Shown: positions 21,512 through 31,077 of the stretch, in pieces
Layout of the letters: each line of letters starts with the position of its first letter
Position numbering within the stretch: position 1 is the first letter of the stretch
Source of the DNA: Bacteroidia bacterium
GTDB lineage: Bacteria > Bacteroidota > Bacteroidia > NS11-12g > UBA9320
Direction of reading: 5' to 3'
Length of the DNA: 64,000 nucleotides
Assembly (NCBI GenBank): GCA_965216465.1
Contig: CBDCFW010000003.1
Coordinates: forward strand, 318,323 to 382,322
The notes under the pieces: generated by a model
What the model was told of the DNA's origin: nothing
The model's database searches: none
Seen by the model: the letters and a program-made list of their open reading frames with translations, nothing else
Program-made: the position numbers and the translations under genes

Positions 21512-21967
21512 ATGTTAAACAAAGAATTCAAAAAACTCACCACCATTCACTTAGCCATATGTTTGTTTTTGGCGATTCTTATAATCGTGATGTACTTTGT
21601 TTTTCCTGATATATCACAGGCATCAGAAGAAACTGGACTAACCCTAGAAATGATCATTCCATTATTTGCAGTAACGTCAATAGCTGCAGGGTTCATGGTT
21701 TCAAGACAACGTTTAAATAGCATCGCTGACGATGCCACAGGAATGGAAAAAATGGCGATCTATCGAGCGGTCATGATAATTCGATGGGCTACTGCCGAAG
21801 GTGCTGCCCTATTCGCATGTGTAGGTTACTTACTAACCCAACGGATGAATCTGATACTCTATGCCACAATGATTGGAGTATATATGATTTATTTGCGTCC
21901 AATCAAACACAAGGTGATTCAAGACCTTAAACTCACAGACGATGAGGCAGAAGAATTAAGATCGTAA
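21512..21967 (+). CDS. Hypothetical membrane protein
   Basis: About 4 TM segments; IIRWATAEG motif; 1-nt gap after parC. Confidence 0.7.
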   Translation: MLNKEFKKLTTIHLAICLFLAILIIVMYFVFPDISQASEETGLTLEMIIPLFAVTSIAAGFMVSRQRLNSIADDATGMEKMAIYRAVMIIRWATAEGAALFACVGYLLTQRMNLILYATMIGVYMIYLRPIKHKVIQDLKLTDDEAEELRS

Positions 21968-21968
21968 A

Positions 21969-22463
21969 ATGACACCTCAGGCATTTCGCAAAAAGGTCAA
22001 CTCTCCCCTCTTCAAATTATTCTTGTTGCAGAAGCTTCCTATGGCATTTCCTGCTGGTATTTCAGTTCAAAGTTTTACAACGAAGCAATGCACAACTTCC
22101 ATGCGATTTAAATGGCTGAATAAGAATCCATTTCGATCTCTGTATTTTGCAGCATTAGAGATGGCAGCCGAATTAAGCACTGGTCTGCAACTATTCCAAT
22201 ACATAAGTCCAGACAACAAGTTCTCTATGCTTTTAATTGCCAATCAAGCACATTATCATAAAAAAGCCATTGGCAAAATTCAGTTTGTTTGCGAAGAAGG
22301 TGAACGAGTAAATCAATTCGTAGACGACTTAGCTAAGTCACCAGATGGAGCTATAATCGACATGAAAGTGAAGGCGTATGCCAAAGATGAAATGGTTGCG
22401 GAATTTACTTTTACCTGGTCGTGTAAAAAAAAGCAAGGCCCAGAGGTAAATTCTAGGCCTTAA
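21969..22463 (+). CDS. DUF4442 / hotdog-fold thioesterase-like protein
   Basis: KLPMAF..G, NKNPFRSLYFAA..MAAELSTG. Confidence 0.8.
   Translation: MTPQAFRKKVNSPLFKLFLLQKLPMAFPAGISVQSFTTKQCTTSMRFKWLNKNPFRSLYFAALEMAAELSTGLQLFQYISPDNKFSMLLIANQAHYHKKAIGKIQFVCEEGERVNQFVDDLAKSPDGAIIDMKVKAYAKDEMVAEFTFTWSCKKKQGPEVNSRP
22425..22461 (-). terminator. Minus-strand intrinsic terminator with no minus-strand CDS upstream
   Basis: Minus strand AAGGCCTAGA-N7-TCTGGGCCTT-GC-T8. Confidence 0.6.
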
Positions 22464-22589
22464 GCTAAGGTTTGGTTAATTAATCCCAGACTTTCTCACT
22501 GTCTGAAATGAGGTTTACATTGTAAAAGTAGCAAAAAAGCAGAAATAAACAATTCTAAAAGGGTATTAATTAAGGAATAATACAGAGTA

Positions 22590-23465
22590 TTGCACTCGAA
22601 ATTGAGCAATACAAAAACATTCAATCCTTTTTTATACCTCATCATTCTTGCTGTATTTTGGGGCAGTTCATTCATCTTAATGAAGATTGGATTGGTGTCG
22701 TACAATAGCAATGAAGTTGCGGCTCTTCGACTGGCTGTTGCTGGAATAGTTCTCATTCCTTTTATACGCTGGAAACAGGTAAAAATAAGAAAAGGAGATT
22801 TTAAGTACTTTGTATTTTCTGGTGTTTTTGGAAGTGCAATCCCAGCATTTCTATTCACTGCTGCCCAAACCACAATTTCGAGTTCACTGGCAGGAGCCTT
22901 GAATGGATTAACTCCTCTCTTTGCTCTACTCATAGGAGTCTTATTTCTCAATGTTAAATTCAGCAAGTTCAAGTTATTAGGCGTCTGTGTTGGATTGATT
23001 GGAGCATTTGCGTTGATGATGTCTACAGATTTTAAATTTGAGTTCTCAGGTACATTCCTTATTGTGTTGGCCACTGTTTTATACGGAACCAACGTAAACA
23101 TAATAAAACACAAGCTTGGTGATTACCCTCCTCTGCTGGTGGCAGTTCTACCCTTAGCACTTATTTCTCTCATAGGTATAGCCGTTCTGTTACAACAAGA
23201 AATTGCTATTGATCTTTCTTCGTCGGATGAAATAAAGTCGCTTATAGCTATCTTAATCTTAGCAATAGTTGGAACGGGAATTAGTTTGATTTTATTTAAT
23301 CAATTAATCCAAAAAACCAATGCTGTCTTTGCATCTTCGGTTACATATCTTATCCCAATTGTTGCCTTATTTTGGGGCATCTTAGATGGTGAGATCATCG
23401 GCTTGAATCATATCGCTGGATTAGGTTTGATATTACTTGCTATTTGGCTCATCAGAAAAGACTAA
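22590..23465 (+). CDS. DMT/EamA family transporter
   Basis: WGSSFILMK, about 10 TM segments, VTYLIP.VA..WG; TTG start. Confidence 0.9.
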   Translation: MHSKLSNTKTFNPFLYLIILAVFWGSSFILMKIGLVSYNSNEVAALRLAVAGIVLIPFIRWKQVKIRKGDFKYFVFSGVFGSAIPAFLFTAAQTTISSSLAGALNGLTPLFALLIGVLFLNVKFSKFKLLGVCVGLIGAFALMMSTDFKFEFSGTFLIVLATVLYGTNVNIIKHKLGDYPPLLVAVLPLALISLIGIAVLLQQEIAIDLSSSDEIKSLIAILILAIVGTGISLILFNQLIQKTNAVFASSVTYLIPIVALFWGILDGEIIGLNHIAGLGLILLAIWLIRKD

Positions 23466-23500
23466 GTAAGTTTTTTAACACCAAATCGTATTTGTATATA

Positions 23501-24106
23501 ATGAAATTTAAACATTCATTGGAAGACAGAAATGTGTTTTCGTATGAGGCATACAGAAAACATGTAGATTACCTATTCGACCACAATCGAACCACAGGTA
23601 GCAATCATTCAGAAAACATGGTAGCGTATACCCAATTGAACATTGCCCGAATGAATCGATTGGATAAACGAGCTACCATAGATGCTCAGTTGCAAAACGC
23701 TATTAAAAGTCTTGAGCCACAGACGTGGTTAGTTATATCTGAAGCCTGGTGTGGTGATGCAGCACAAAATCTTCCCTACATTCAGAAAATGGCAGAGCAA
23801 AATAGCAACATAGACCTTAAGATTATACTCCGCGACGAAAATTTGGATATTATAGACGATTTTCTTACCAACGGTGGAAGAGCCATACCTAAACTCAGTG
23901 CATTAGATTGCCACCAGAACGTGCTATTTACCTGGGGTGCTCGACCATATGATATTCAGCGTGAGTTTCTTGAACTTAGAGATGCAGGTTTGCCAAAATC
24001 TGAGATTTCGAAGACCATCCAAATGCTTTATACAAAGGATAAAGGACAAGGCATTCAGAATGATTTTCTAGAGATTATCAGCAAATTGGAAATGGTATTC
24101 TGTTAA
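23501..24106 (+). CDS. Thioredoxin-like protein (WCGD type)
   Basis: ISEAWCGDAAQNLP, LRDEN, LTNGGRAIPKL; start reassigned to ATG 23501. Confidence 0.85.
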   Translation: MKFKHSLEDRNVFSYEAYRKHVDYLFDHNRTTGSNHSENMVAYTQLNIARMNRLDKRATIDAQLQNAIKSLEPQTWLVISEAWCGDAAQNLPYIQKMAEQNSNIDLKIILRDENLDIIDDFLTNGGRAIPKLSALDCHQNVLFTWGARPYDIQREFLELRDAGLPKSEISKTIQMLYTKDKGQGIQNDFLEIISKLEMVFC

Positions 24107-24210
24107 ATGGGTAAAAGTCGATAAATAATATTGATAAGTTTTGAAAATAAAACTTGTTTAAACTCAAAAATTAGAAGTTTATTTGACGTTTTAAATTATT
24201 TAGACTGAGA

Positions 24211-25335
24211 ATGAAATTTATTGTAAATACTGATCAACTGTTAAACAAGCTTCAAGACGTTAGCGGTACCATTGTTTCAAAACCTGTAATTCCTATTTTA
24301 GACCACTTTTTGTTTGATATTAGTAACGGAAAACTAACCATTACTGCTACAGATTTGGAAACTTCAATGAGTACTTCAATTGATGTACAAGCAGATGAAG
24401 ATGTAAAAATTGCTGTACCTTCTAAGATGTGTCTTGACACGTTAAAAGCATTGCCAAATCAGCCAGTGACATTTACAATCAATTCCGATAAGAACAGCAT
24501 TGAACTAAAATCTGAGTTTGGTCGATATAAATTAATCGGTCAAAACGCTGATGATTTCCCGCGTATTCCAGATGTGTCTGCCGACAATGGATTCAAAATG
24601 GAAAGTGGCGTATTATCAAGCAGCATTGCACAGTCAATTTTTGCATCTGGTAACGATGAACTACGATTGAGTTTAACAGGTGTTTATGTTCAGCTTTATA
24701 ACGACAACGCAGTATTTGTTGCTACCGATGCCAACCGCTTAGTGAAAGTTGAGCGTAGCGATGTGAATCCTGGAGTTGAAACAAACTTTATTTTACCTAA
24801 GAAGGCTCTTAACTTATTAAAGTCTCATCTTCCTCACGACTCATCAGAAGTACAGGTAAATTTTAACGACTCGAATGCATTTTTCTCTTTTGGAGATATT
24901 AGCTTAATCTGTCGTTTGATTGACGAAAGATACCCTGATTATAAAGCAGTAATTCCTGCCGACAATCCAAACAAGCTTTCAATCTCTCGTCAAGATTTCC
25001 TGAACTCCGTTAAACGTATTAGCATCTTTGGAAATAAGACAACCAATCAAATTAACATTAAAATTACAGGCAGCGAATTAACTATCTCTGCTGAAGATAT
25101 TGACCTGAGCAATGAAGCGGTAGAACGCCTAGGTTGCGACTATGCAGGTGAAGACATGGAGATCGGATTCAACTCAAAGTTGCTGATCGAAATGCTACAA
25201 AATATCAACACTCCAGATATAACAATTGAACTATCTACTCCTAACCGAGCAGGTATAATTTTACCATCTGAGAATGTTGAAAACGAAGACTTATTAATGC
25301 TCATTATGCCAATGATGATTGCAGGGGCTAGCTAG
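24211..25335 (+). CDS. dnaN: DNA polymerase III beta sliding clamp
   Basis: PILDHFL, ATDLE, VATDANRL, RLIDERYPDY, IGFN, LIMPM. Confidence 0.96.
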   Translation: MKFIVNTDQLLNKLQDVSGTIVSKPVIPILDHFLFDISNGKLTITATDLETSMSTSIDVQADEDVKIAVPSKMCLDTLKALPNQPVTFTINSDKNSIELKSEFGRYKLIGQNADDFPRIPDVSADNGFKMESGVLSSSIAQSIFASGNDELRLSLTGVYVQLYNDNAVFVATDANRLVKVERSDVNPGVETNFILPKKALNLLKSHLPHDSSEVQVNFNDSNAFFSFGDISLICRLIDERYPDYKAVIPADNPNKLSISRQDFLNSVKRISIFGNKTTNQINIKITGSELTISAEDIDLSNEAVERLGCDYAGEDMEIGFNSKLLIEMLQNINTPDITIELSTPNRAGIILPSENVENEDLLMLIMPMMIAGAS

Positions 25336-25440
25336 TTATTGTAAGTTTATTGTCACTTATGTGTCAGACCAAAAATTAGTTCTTTCTCAATTCAACTTTG
25401 GTTGTATATTTGAGTGACTTAATAGTCAGAAAGCCAATCT

Positions 25441-25470
25441 AAAGCCTCAGTACAAGGTGCTGGGGCTTTT
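25441..25470 (+). terminator. Intrinsic terminator
   Basis: AAAGCCTCAGTAC-AAG-GTGCTGGGGCTTTT. Confidence 0.65.
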
Positions 25471-25490
25471 ACATTTTTAAAAATCTCGAT

Positions 25491-26129
25491 TTGCTTAATC
25501 ACTATAACTTCATAGCCAAAATCTACTCACCTATTTCTCGCTTGGTTTTTGGCCAACGACTTAAACGTATTCAGGCTGAGCTTATTAGCGAATTACCACA
25601 AGAAGGGAGCTTGGTAATTTTAGGCGGCGGAGACGGATTTATTCTTCCTCTAATCTATCAACATGCCCCTCATTTAAGGATTGAATTTGTTGAAGCTTCA
25701 AGTGAGATGATAAAACTCGCTAAAGCAAAGACAAATGCAAATCAAAATGTGAGCTTTACCCATTCCGACAGCTTTTCATTTCAGTCATCTGATCACAACT
25801 TAATTTATGCTGCTTTTTTCCTTGATCTATTTGAGCAAGATAAAATTGGAGAAGTCATTGGCACAATAGAATCTAAACTTAAAGACCAAAAAAATCTCAA
25901 ATGGTATGTTGCAGATTTTGAATTGTCTAAAAGCACAAAACGACTTGTTTTTAGAAGATTTTTAATAAAACTGACCATTTTATTCTTCAAGATTTTCACC
26001 AAGCATCGCGTGGATTACCTGCCAGATGTGTTTAACTCATTTGACCAACGGAAATACAAACTTCTGAACACTAAGACTTTAGGTGGAAACTTCATCAAAT
26101 ATCAAGTATTGGTAAATTCTTCATACTAA
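25491..26129 (+). CDS. Class I SAM-dependent methyltransferase-like protein
   Basis: ILGGGDG motif I, VEAS.EMI, FFLDLF, VADF. Confidence 0.75.
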   Translation: MLNHYNFIAKIYSPISRLVFGQRLKRIQAELISELPQEGSLVILGGGDGFILPLIYQHAPHLRIEFVEASSEMIKLAKAKTNANQNVSFTHSDSFSFQSSDHNLIYAAFFLDLFEQDKIGEVIGTIESKLKDQKNLKWYVADFELSKSTKRLVFRRFLIKLTILFFKIFTKHRVDYLPDVFNSFDQRKYKLLNTKTLGGNFIKYQVLVNSSY

Positions 26130-26165
26130 GTGGCATATCTTTTGAGTTATACTTAAAAGACACCA

Positions 26166-27326
26166 GTGATGAAGATTAGGAGGTTTATACTAATTGTTGG
26201 TTTGGTCTTAACAATCGCCAACATAAACGCGGGAAGTTCTATAGGAACCGCGGTAGACTTCTATGGCCACAACCTGCATATCTCTTACGACCAACAGGTG
26301 TCGAACTTAAGCCTACAAAATTTGAGTCAGTCTGAAATCACAAGCAAACTTGCTCTGCTCAGAAACGACAACCTCAGCAAATCAACCTATTACATTAAAA
26401 AGCACATTGATTTCTACGAACTCGACGGTACTGCTACTACCCTATTGGTCGACAAGTACGCTGAGACAATAACTAAGAACATCAATCAGAAAAATTTCAT
26501 CAAGTATCTTACCCTTAAAGATCTTGGATACGATGTAATACTGACTCGTACAGGAACAAAGCTGAATTGTTTAGGAAACCTTTCCTACAAGCCTGGAAGA
26601 TACATCTACATCCGCTATGCAAATAAGATTTACAAAGATCTTGATTTTAAGAATAGAACAAATTATAGCAAACACTTGATCTATATGGACTCGAAAAAGA
26701 CCTATAGAACAATCGAGCGAAACGTTTTACGAGTTCCCAAAATCAATGCTAAGATCATATCTAAGGAATTGAATTTTGCTTACCGGGCTCAAGACCATGA
26801 ATTACGTGCTCGAAGTAATCAGTCTATTACTGAGTTTTTGGGAGATCTTCCATTGTTTGATGTGGGCAGAGAGTTTACCTATCTCAATATGTCGCGTGAA
26901 ATGAACGCTACAGTTATGAGTTACTTGAGAAATGAAGTAAGAGAAATGAACAAGGTTGAAGGAGTTCGATTTCTACTAAATTTTGTTCAGCAAGTAGTAC
27001 CATATGGAAGTGATTTTGACAAGTACGGAGAAGAGAGATTCTACTATCCTGAGGAAACCATCATGGCGGTTAATGCAGACTGCGAGGACAAAGCAATTCT
27101 TCTGTCTTACCTCTCTAAGCGTTTATTAAGCGTTAATAGCATAGGTCTATTCTTTGAGAACGATGAACACTTGAGCCTTGCTTTAGAAATACCTGACTAC
27201 GCTCCTGCCGGTTCATTCAACTATAAAGGTAAGACTTATATTCCTGTTGAGCCCACGGCAAAATACCCGAGATTAGGTCAATCTCAGTTTTCGCTCAACC
27301 GGGTAACAGAGGTTATTCCGCTTTAA
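26166..27326 (+). CDS. Secreted hypothetical protein with transglutaminase-like cysteine protease C-terminal domain
   Basis: Signal peptide; PEET...ADCEDKAILL, EHLSLAL, YIPVEPT. Confidence 0.6.
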   Translation: MMKIRRFILIVGLVLTIANINAGSSIGTAVDFYGHNLHISYDQQVSNLSLQNLSQSEITSKLALLRNDNLSKSTYYIKKHIDFYELDGTATTLLVDKYAETITKNINQKNFIKYLTLKDLGYDVILTRTGTKLNCLGNLSYKPGRYIYIRYANKIYKDLDFKNRTNYSKHLIYMDSKKTYRTIERNVLRVPKINAKIISKELNFAYRAQDHELRARSNQSITEFLGDLPLFDVGREFTYLNMSREMNATVMSYLRNEVREMNKVEGVRFLLNFVQQVVPYGSDFDKYGEERFYYPEETIMAVNADCEDKAILLSYLSKRLLSVNSIGLFFENDEHLSLALEIPDYAPAGSFNYKGKTYIPVEPTAKYPRLGQSQFSLNRVTEVIPL

Positions 27327-28030
27327 GCTTTTTTCTTTCTTGGCCCCCTTGGTTGTAAGGGTCTGACTTCAAGATTTACTTGATGAAAATTATCAGGGGT
27401 CTCGGTAGCGTGAACAATCATTTGAGCTACATCTTCAGGCATTAACATATAGTCATGTGCATCGATTGAAGCTGAATTGTCAAAGAAATCAGTTTTAACC
27501 GATCCAGGATACACGCAAGTCACCTTAATTTTAAAATCACGTAGTTCTTTGTATAAGCTCTCAGAAATTCCTTTTACAGCAAACTTAGAACCGCAATAGA
27601 CTGATACCTGTTGATAGGCCTCTATTCCTGCAATGGATGCAATATTCACGATATGCCCATATTCTTGTTCCTTCATAATTGGAGCTACCAGCTTGCAGGT
27701 ATACAAAGTTCCATACACGTTGGTTTCGTATACTTGGTGAATCTGCTCTAGCGAATAGTCTTCAATGTATCCGAAGTAACCCAGTCCTGCATTATTCACT
27801 AAAACATGAACAGTTCCTTGCTTTTCTACGAATGACTGAATCGAACGTTCAACTTCCTCAAATTTCCGAACATTTGTAGTGTAGAAGGAAAAGTTTTCAT
27901 GATTAATCTGTGGGTCACGAAGCCCCATCCCTCCTACTATTGCTCCTTTTTCTAGAAATTGTTTAACTAGAGCATTACCGATACCTCGGCTAACTCCGGT
28001 TACCAGTACTCCTTTACCTTTTAAATCCAT
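27323..28030 (-). CDS. SDR family oxidoreductase
   Basis: TGVSRGIG, NNAG, YCGSK. Confidence 0.92.
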   Translation of the reverse strand: MDLKGKGVLVTGVSRGIGNALVKQFLEKGAIVGGMGLRDPQINHENFSFYTTNVRKFEEVERSIQSFVEKQGTVHVLVNNAGLGYFGYIEDYSLEQIHQVYETNVYGTLYTCKLVAPIMKEQEYGHIVNIASIAGIEAYQQVSVYCGSKFAVKGISESLYKELRDFKIKVTCVYPGSVKTDFFDNSASIDAHDYMLMPEDVAQMIVHATETPDNFHQVNLEVRPLQPRGPRKKKA

Positions 28031-28032
28031 GC

Positions 28033-30951
28033 TTAGTATCCGAACAACTCTTCTAGGCTAATGGTTTTAACATTTCCATATGCTGCAAGTGCTTCAAGGT
28101 CGATGTTCTCTTTTGAGGCAACCAGTGCATATTGATAGGTGCCGTTAATTTTTTCTTTGTGAAACTTAACGACATCATCCATAGTAATCTCATTCAGTCG
28201 TTGGGCCTTAGATATTCTCGGATCTTCAGTGTACCCTAGCTTCATTGCATTATCATAGTTGAAAAGCACCGACGTTTTAAGTACTCTACTTGTAGCCGCC
28301 TTTTGCTCTAAAGCACTCTTACCGTTATTAAACTTGCCTTCATCAACAGGCATTGTTGTGAGTAACTCAGTCATTGCAGCCATACCATCCATTAATTTAT
28401 CCGCCTGTGTTCCTACATATGCCATTACAACATTGTTGTCGCCAAGTTTTGAAGCTTGAGCATAGTAGCCATATGTTGAATAGGCCAAGGCTTTAGATTC
28501 TCTAATTTCTTGGAATACAATGCTGCTCATTCCTCCTCCAAAATACTCATTAAACATCGACACATCCGCTGATTCTTTAGTATTGAGCTCATTTGATTTC
28601 ATTAACCACATAATTTCAGCCTGAACCATATCGTAGTGAGCAAAGTACACTGTACTTTCACTTGGATCTTGCATCTCAAATGTCTTCAACTTAGGTGTTT
28701 CAATAAATGTTTTTGGATTAGGATGATATTGCTTTAAGCACTTATTCAACGTTTTAACGCTCAAAGGCCCGCTGTACCAGATTTTGTGCTGGTAGAAGTT
28801 TAAATTGTGAATATAATCAGTAAGCGTTGATGCTTGAATGCTTGATAACTCATCATTTGACAATATATAGTTTGATGGATTATTTGGCCCATACAATGCA
28901 TAAGTACGCAGCTTATTCATAATTCTCCCTTTGCTAAGCTTAGCATCTTCGCGAGATTTTAGCTTCTTGGCAATCATCTGGTCTAGCTTAGCTTGATCAG
29001 GTTTTGCATTCGCCAAAAGGTGTTCGAATAACTTCAATGCGTCCTCAAAACTGCTTGCTAGCCCATTGAGGTAAACATAGCTTTGCTCTCGGTTGGTAGA
29101 AACACCAAAATTGCAAGCGAGCTTATAAAACTCTTTTGATATCTCATCAGGGCTGTATTCATCAGTTCCTAGATATTTAAGATACTCTACCGCTAATGCC
29201 AGTTTTTGATCATGGAAAGATCCAATGTCTAAAACATAATAGAGTGAGAACAGCTGCTCGTCTCCTTCTACAACCTTCCAAATTGGAATGTTTTTACCAT
29301 AAGAACCGAACTCAATATCGTTGCTGTAATCAAGATATTGAGGCGTCATTGTTGTAGTTTCACGTGTTAAGATATCGTCAACAAAAGGTGATATCTTACC
29401 TCGGTTCACCTCAACTTTTGTTATCTCAGGCTTTTCAATTTTCACACTTTCTTCTTTGTCTCCTTTACGTTTGTATACCACTATGTTGCCTGGTGTATAG
29501 TACCTGTTAGCAAAGTACATGATGTCTTTCTTACTATAAGTGAGCATGTTATCCAGCGACTTAAGATGATCCGACCAATCAGTGGTCATGATAAATGCAT
29601 CCATAAGTGCATATGCAGTTCCTTGATACGACTCATATTGTCTAATCTCGCTTACTTTCTGATTGAGTACAATGCTTTGCACAAGATTCATATCAAAATC
29701 ACCCGTCTTAATCATTTCAATCTGCTCATAAAAGAGCTTTTCGAGATCTTCAAGGCTTTGCCCCTCAAGTGGACTTCCTCCAAAATAGTGTAAGCCTCTC
29801 TCTTTCAGTAACATTGGTGAACTATAAGCTCGTATACACTTTTGAGCTTTTACCATATTCAAATCAATTAAACCTGCTTTTGAATTGGAGAAAATCAAAT
29901 CAACCAGGTATACCAAATCTGCATCTTTGTCTAATGCGTCAGGAACGCGATATCCCATAACAATTGATTCGGCACTCGGTCCTACCACTTCAATTTTATG
30001 CGAGGATAAGATTGCAGGATCCTCTTCAAAAGTTTGAACAGGAACTTCTTTTCGCTTCATGTAAGCAAACTTTTCTTTGATCCAAGCAAAAGTTTGAGTT
30101 GGATCAATATCTCCTGCCAAAATAATGGCCATGTTGTTTGGAACATAGTACGTGTTATAGTATTCTCTAATCTTATTCAGACTTGGGTTTTTCAGATGTT
30201 CGATTGTTCCAATCGTGGTCTGTCTTCCGTAGTTATGATTAGGGAAGCTTGCTTCAAATAGCGACTCATATACCTTAGAGTTGTCATTGTCTAACGAGCG
30301 ATTTTTTTCTTCATACACAGCTTCTAACTCGGTATGAAATAAGCGAAGTATTGGGTTTCTAAAACGCTCAGCTTCAATGTCTAACCACGTATTAATTTGG
30401 TTTGCTGGCACATCGTTAACATATACCGTACGCTCAAAACTGGTAAAGGCATTGGTTCCTTGTGCACCTATACCTTGTAACATTCTGTCGTATTCGTTGG
30501 CAATAGCAAACTTTGCTGCTTCCCCTGAAACGCTATCGATTAAATGATAAATATGCTTACGTTCTGCTTCATCTTTGGTAGAGTTATATTGTTCGTACAG
30601 TTCATCAACCTGCTTTAAAAGAACCTTCTCTTTCTCATAGTCTAAAGCTCCATATTTATCTGTTCCCTTGAACAGCATATGCTCTAAGTAATGTGCTAGT
30701 CCGGTATTTGAAGATGGATCACTACTGCTTCCCGCTTTCGTTGCAATGAGGGTCTGAACGCGCGGTTTGGTATGATTTGGTGCCAAAATTACGGTCAGGC
30801 CATTTTCCATGGTGTACCAACGTGAATTGGTGGGATCATTTGAATACGCTGTGTATTCATTTCCATTTTCATCTTTTTTTACTTCGGGAACTTGAGCAAA
30901 CGCAGCAACACTGCATACGAAAGCCAATAAAATAATAAGTGATCTTTTCAA
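28033..30951 (-). CDS. M16 family (insulinase-like) zinc metallopeptidase, secreted
   Basis: Signal peptide; GLAHYLEHMLFKGT, NAFTS, IRESKALAY. Confidence 0.93.
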   Translation of the reverse strand: MKRSLIILLAFVCSVAAFAQVPEVKKDENGNEYTAYSNDPTNSRWYTMENGLTVILAPNHTKPRVQTLIATKAGSSSDPSSNTGLAHYLEHMLFKGTDKYGALDYEKEKVLLKQVDELYEQYNSTKDEAERKHIYHLIDSVSGEAAKFAIANEYDRMLQGIGAQGTNAFTSFERTVYVNDVPANQINTWLDIEAERFRNPILRLFHTELEAVYEEKNRSLDNDNSKVYESLFEASFPNHNYGRQTTIGTIEHLKNPSLNKIREYYNTYYVPNNMAIILAGDIDPTQTFAWIKEKFAYMKRKEVPVQTFEEDPAILSSHKIEVVGPSAESIVMGYRVPDALDKDADLVYLVDLIFSNSKAGLIDLNMVKAQKCIRAYSSPMLLKERGLHYFGGSPLEGQSLEDLEKLFYEQIEMIKTGDFDMNLVQSIVLNQKVSEIRQYESYQGTAYALMDAFIMTTDWSDHLKSLDNMLTYSKKDIMYFANRYYTPGNIVVYKRKGDKEESVKIEKPEITKVEVNRGKISPFVDDILTRETTTMTPQYLDYSNDIEFGSYGKNIPIWKVVEGDEQLFSLYYVLDIGSFHDQKLALAVEYLKYLGTDEYSPDEISKEFYKLACNFGVSTNREQSYVYLNGLASSFEDALKLFEHLLANAKPDQAKLDQMIAKKLKSREDAKLSKGRIMNKLRTYALYGPNNPSNYILSNDELSSIQASTLTDYIHNLNFYQHKIWYSGPLSVKTLNKCLKQYHPNPKTFIETPKLKTFEMQDPSESTVYFAHYDMVQAEIMWLMKSNELNTKESADVSMFNEYFGGGMSSIVFQEIRESKALAYSTYGYYAQASKLGDNNVVMAYVGTQADKLMDGMAAMTELLTTMPVDEGKFNNGKSALEQKAATSRVLKTSVLFNYDNAMKLGYTEDPRISKAQRLNEITMDDVVKFHKEKINGTYQYALVASKENIDLEALAAYGNVKTISLEELFGY

Positions 30952-31077
30952 AATAATTTCAATTTAGAGGCATCGAATATAGAAATATCTTCAGCTTTTA
31001 CCTTCAATCTTAAAATATAGTTTAAAACTTAGCTAAAACTTTGGGTAAAAATCACGAAATTTGCAGCCCTAAAAGTT

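Noticed and set aside
22496-23113. 205-aa minus-strand ORF
   Set aside because: Antisense shadow of the EamA transporter with no recognisable motifs
24107-24210. DnaA boxes or origin upstream of dnaN
   Set aside because: Only degenerate GATAA-type matches in AT-rich DNA; dnaN unlinked from dnaA is usual in Bacteroidota
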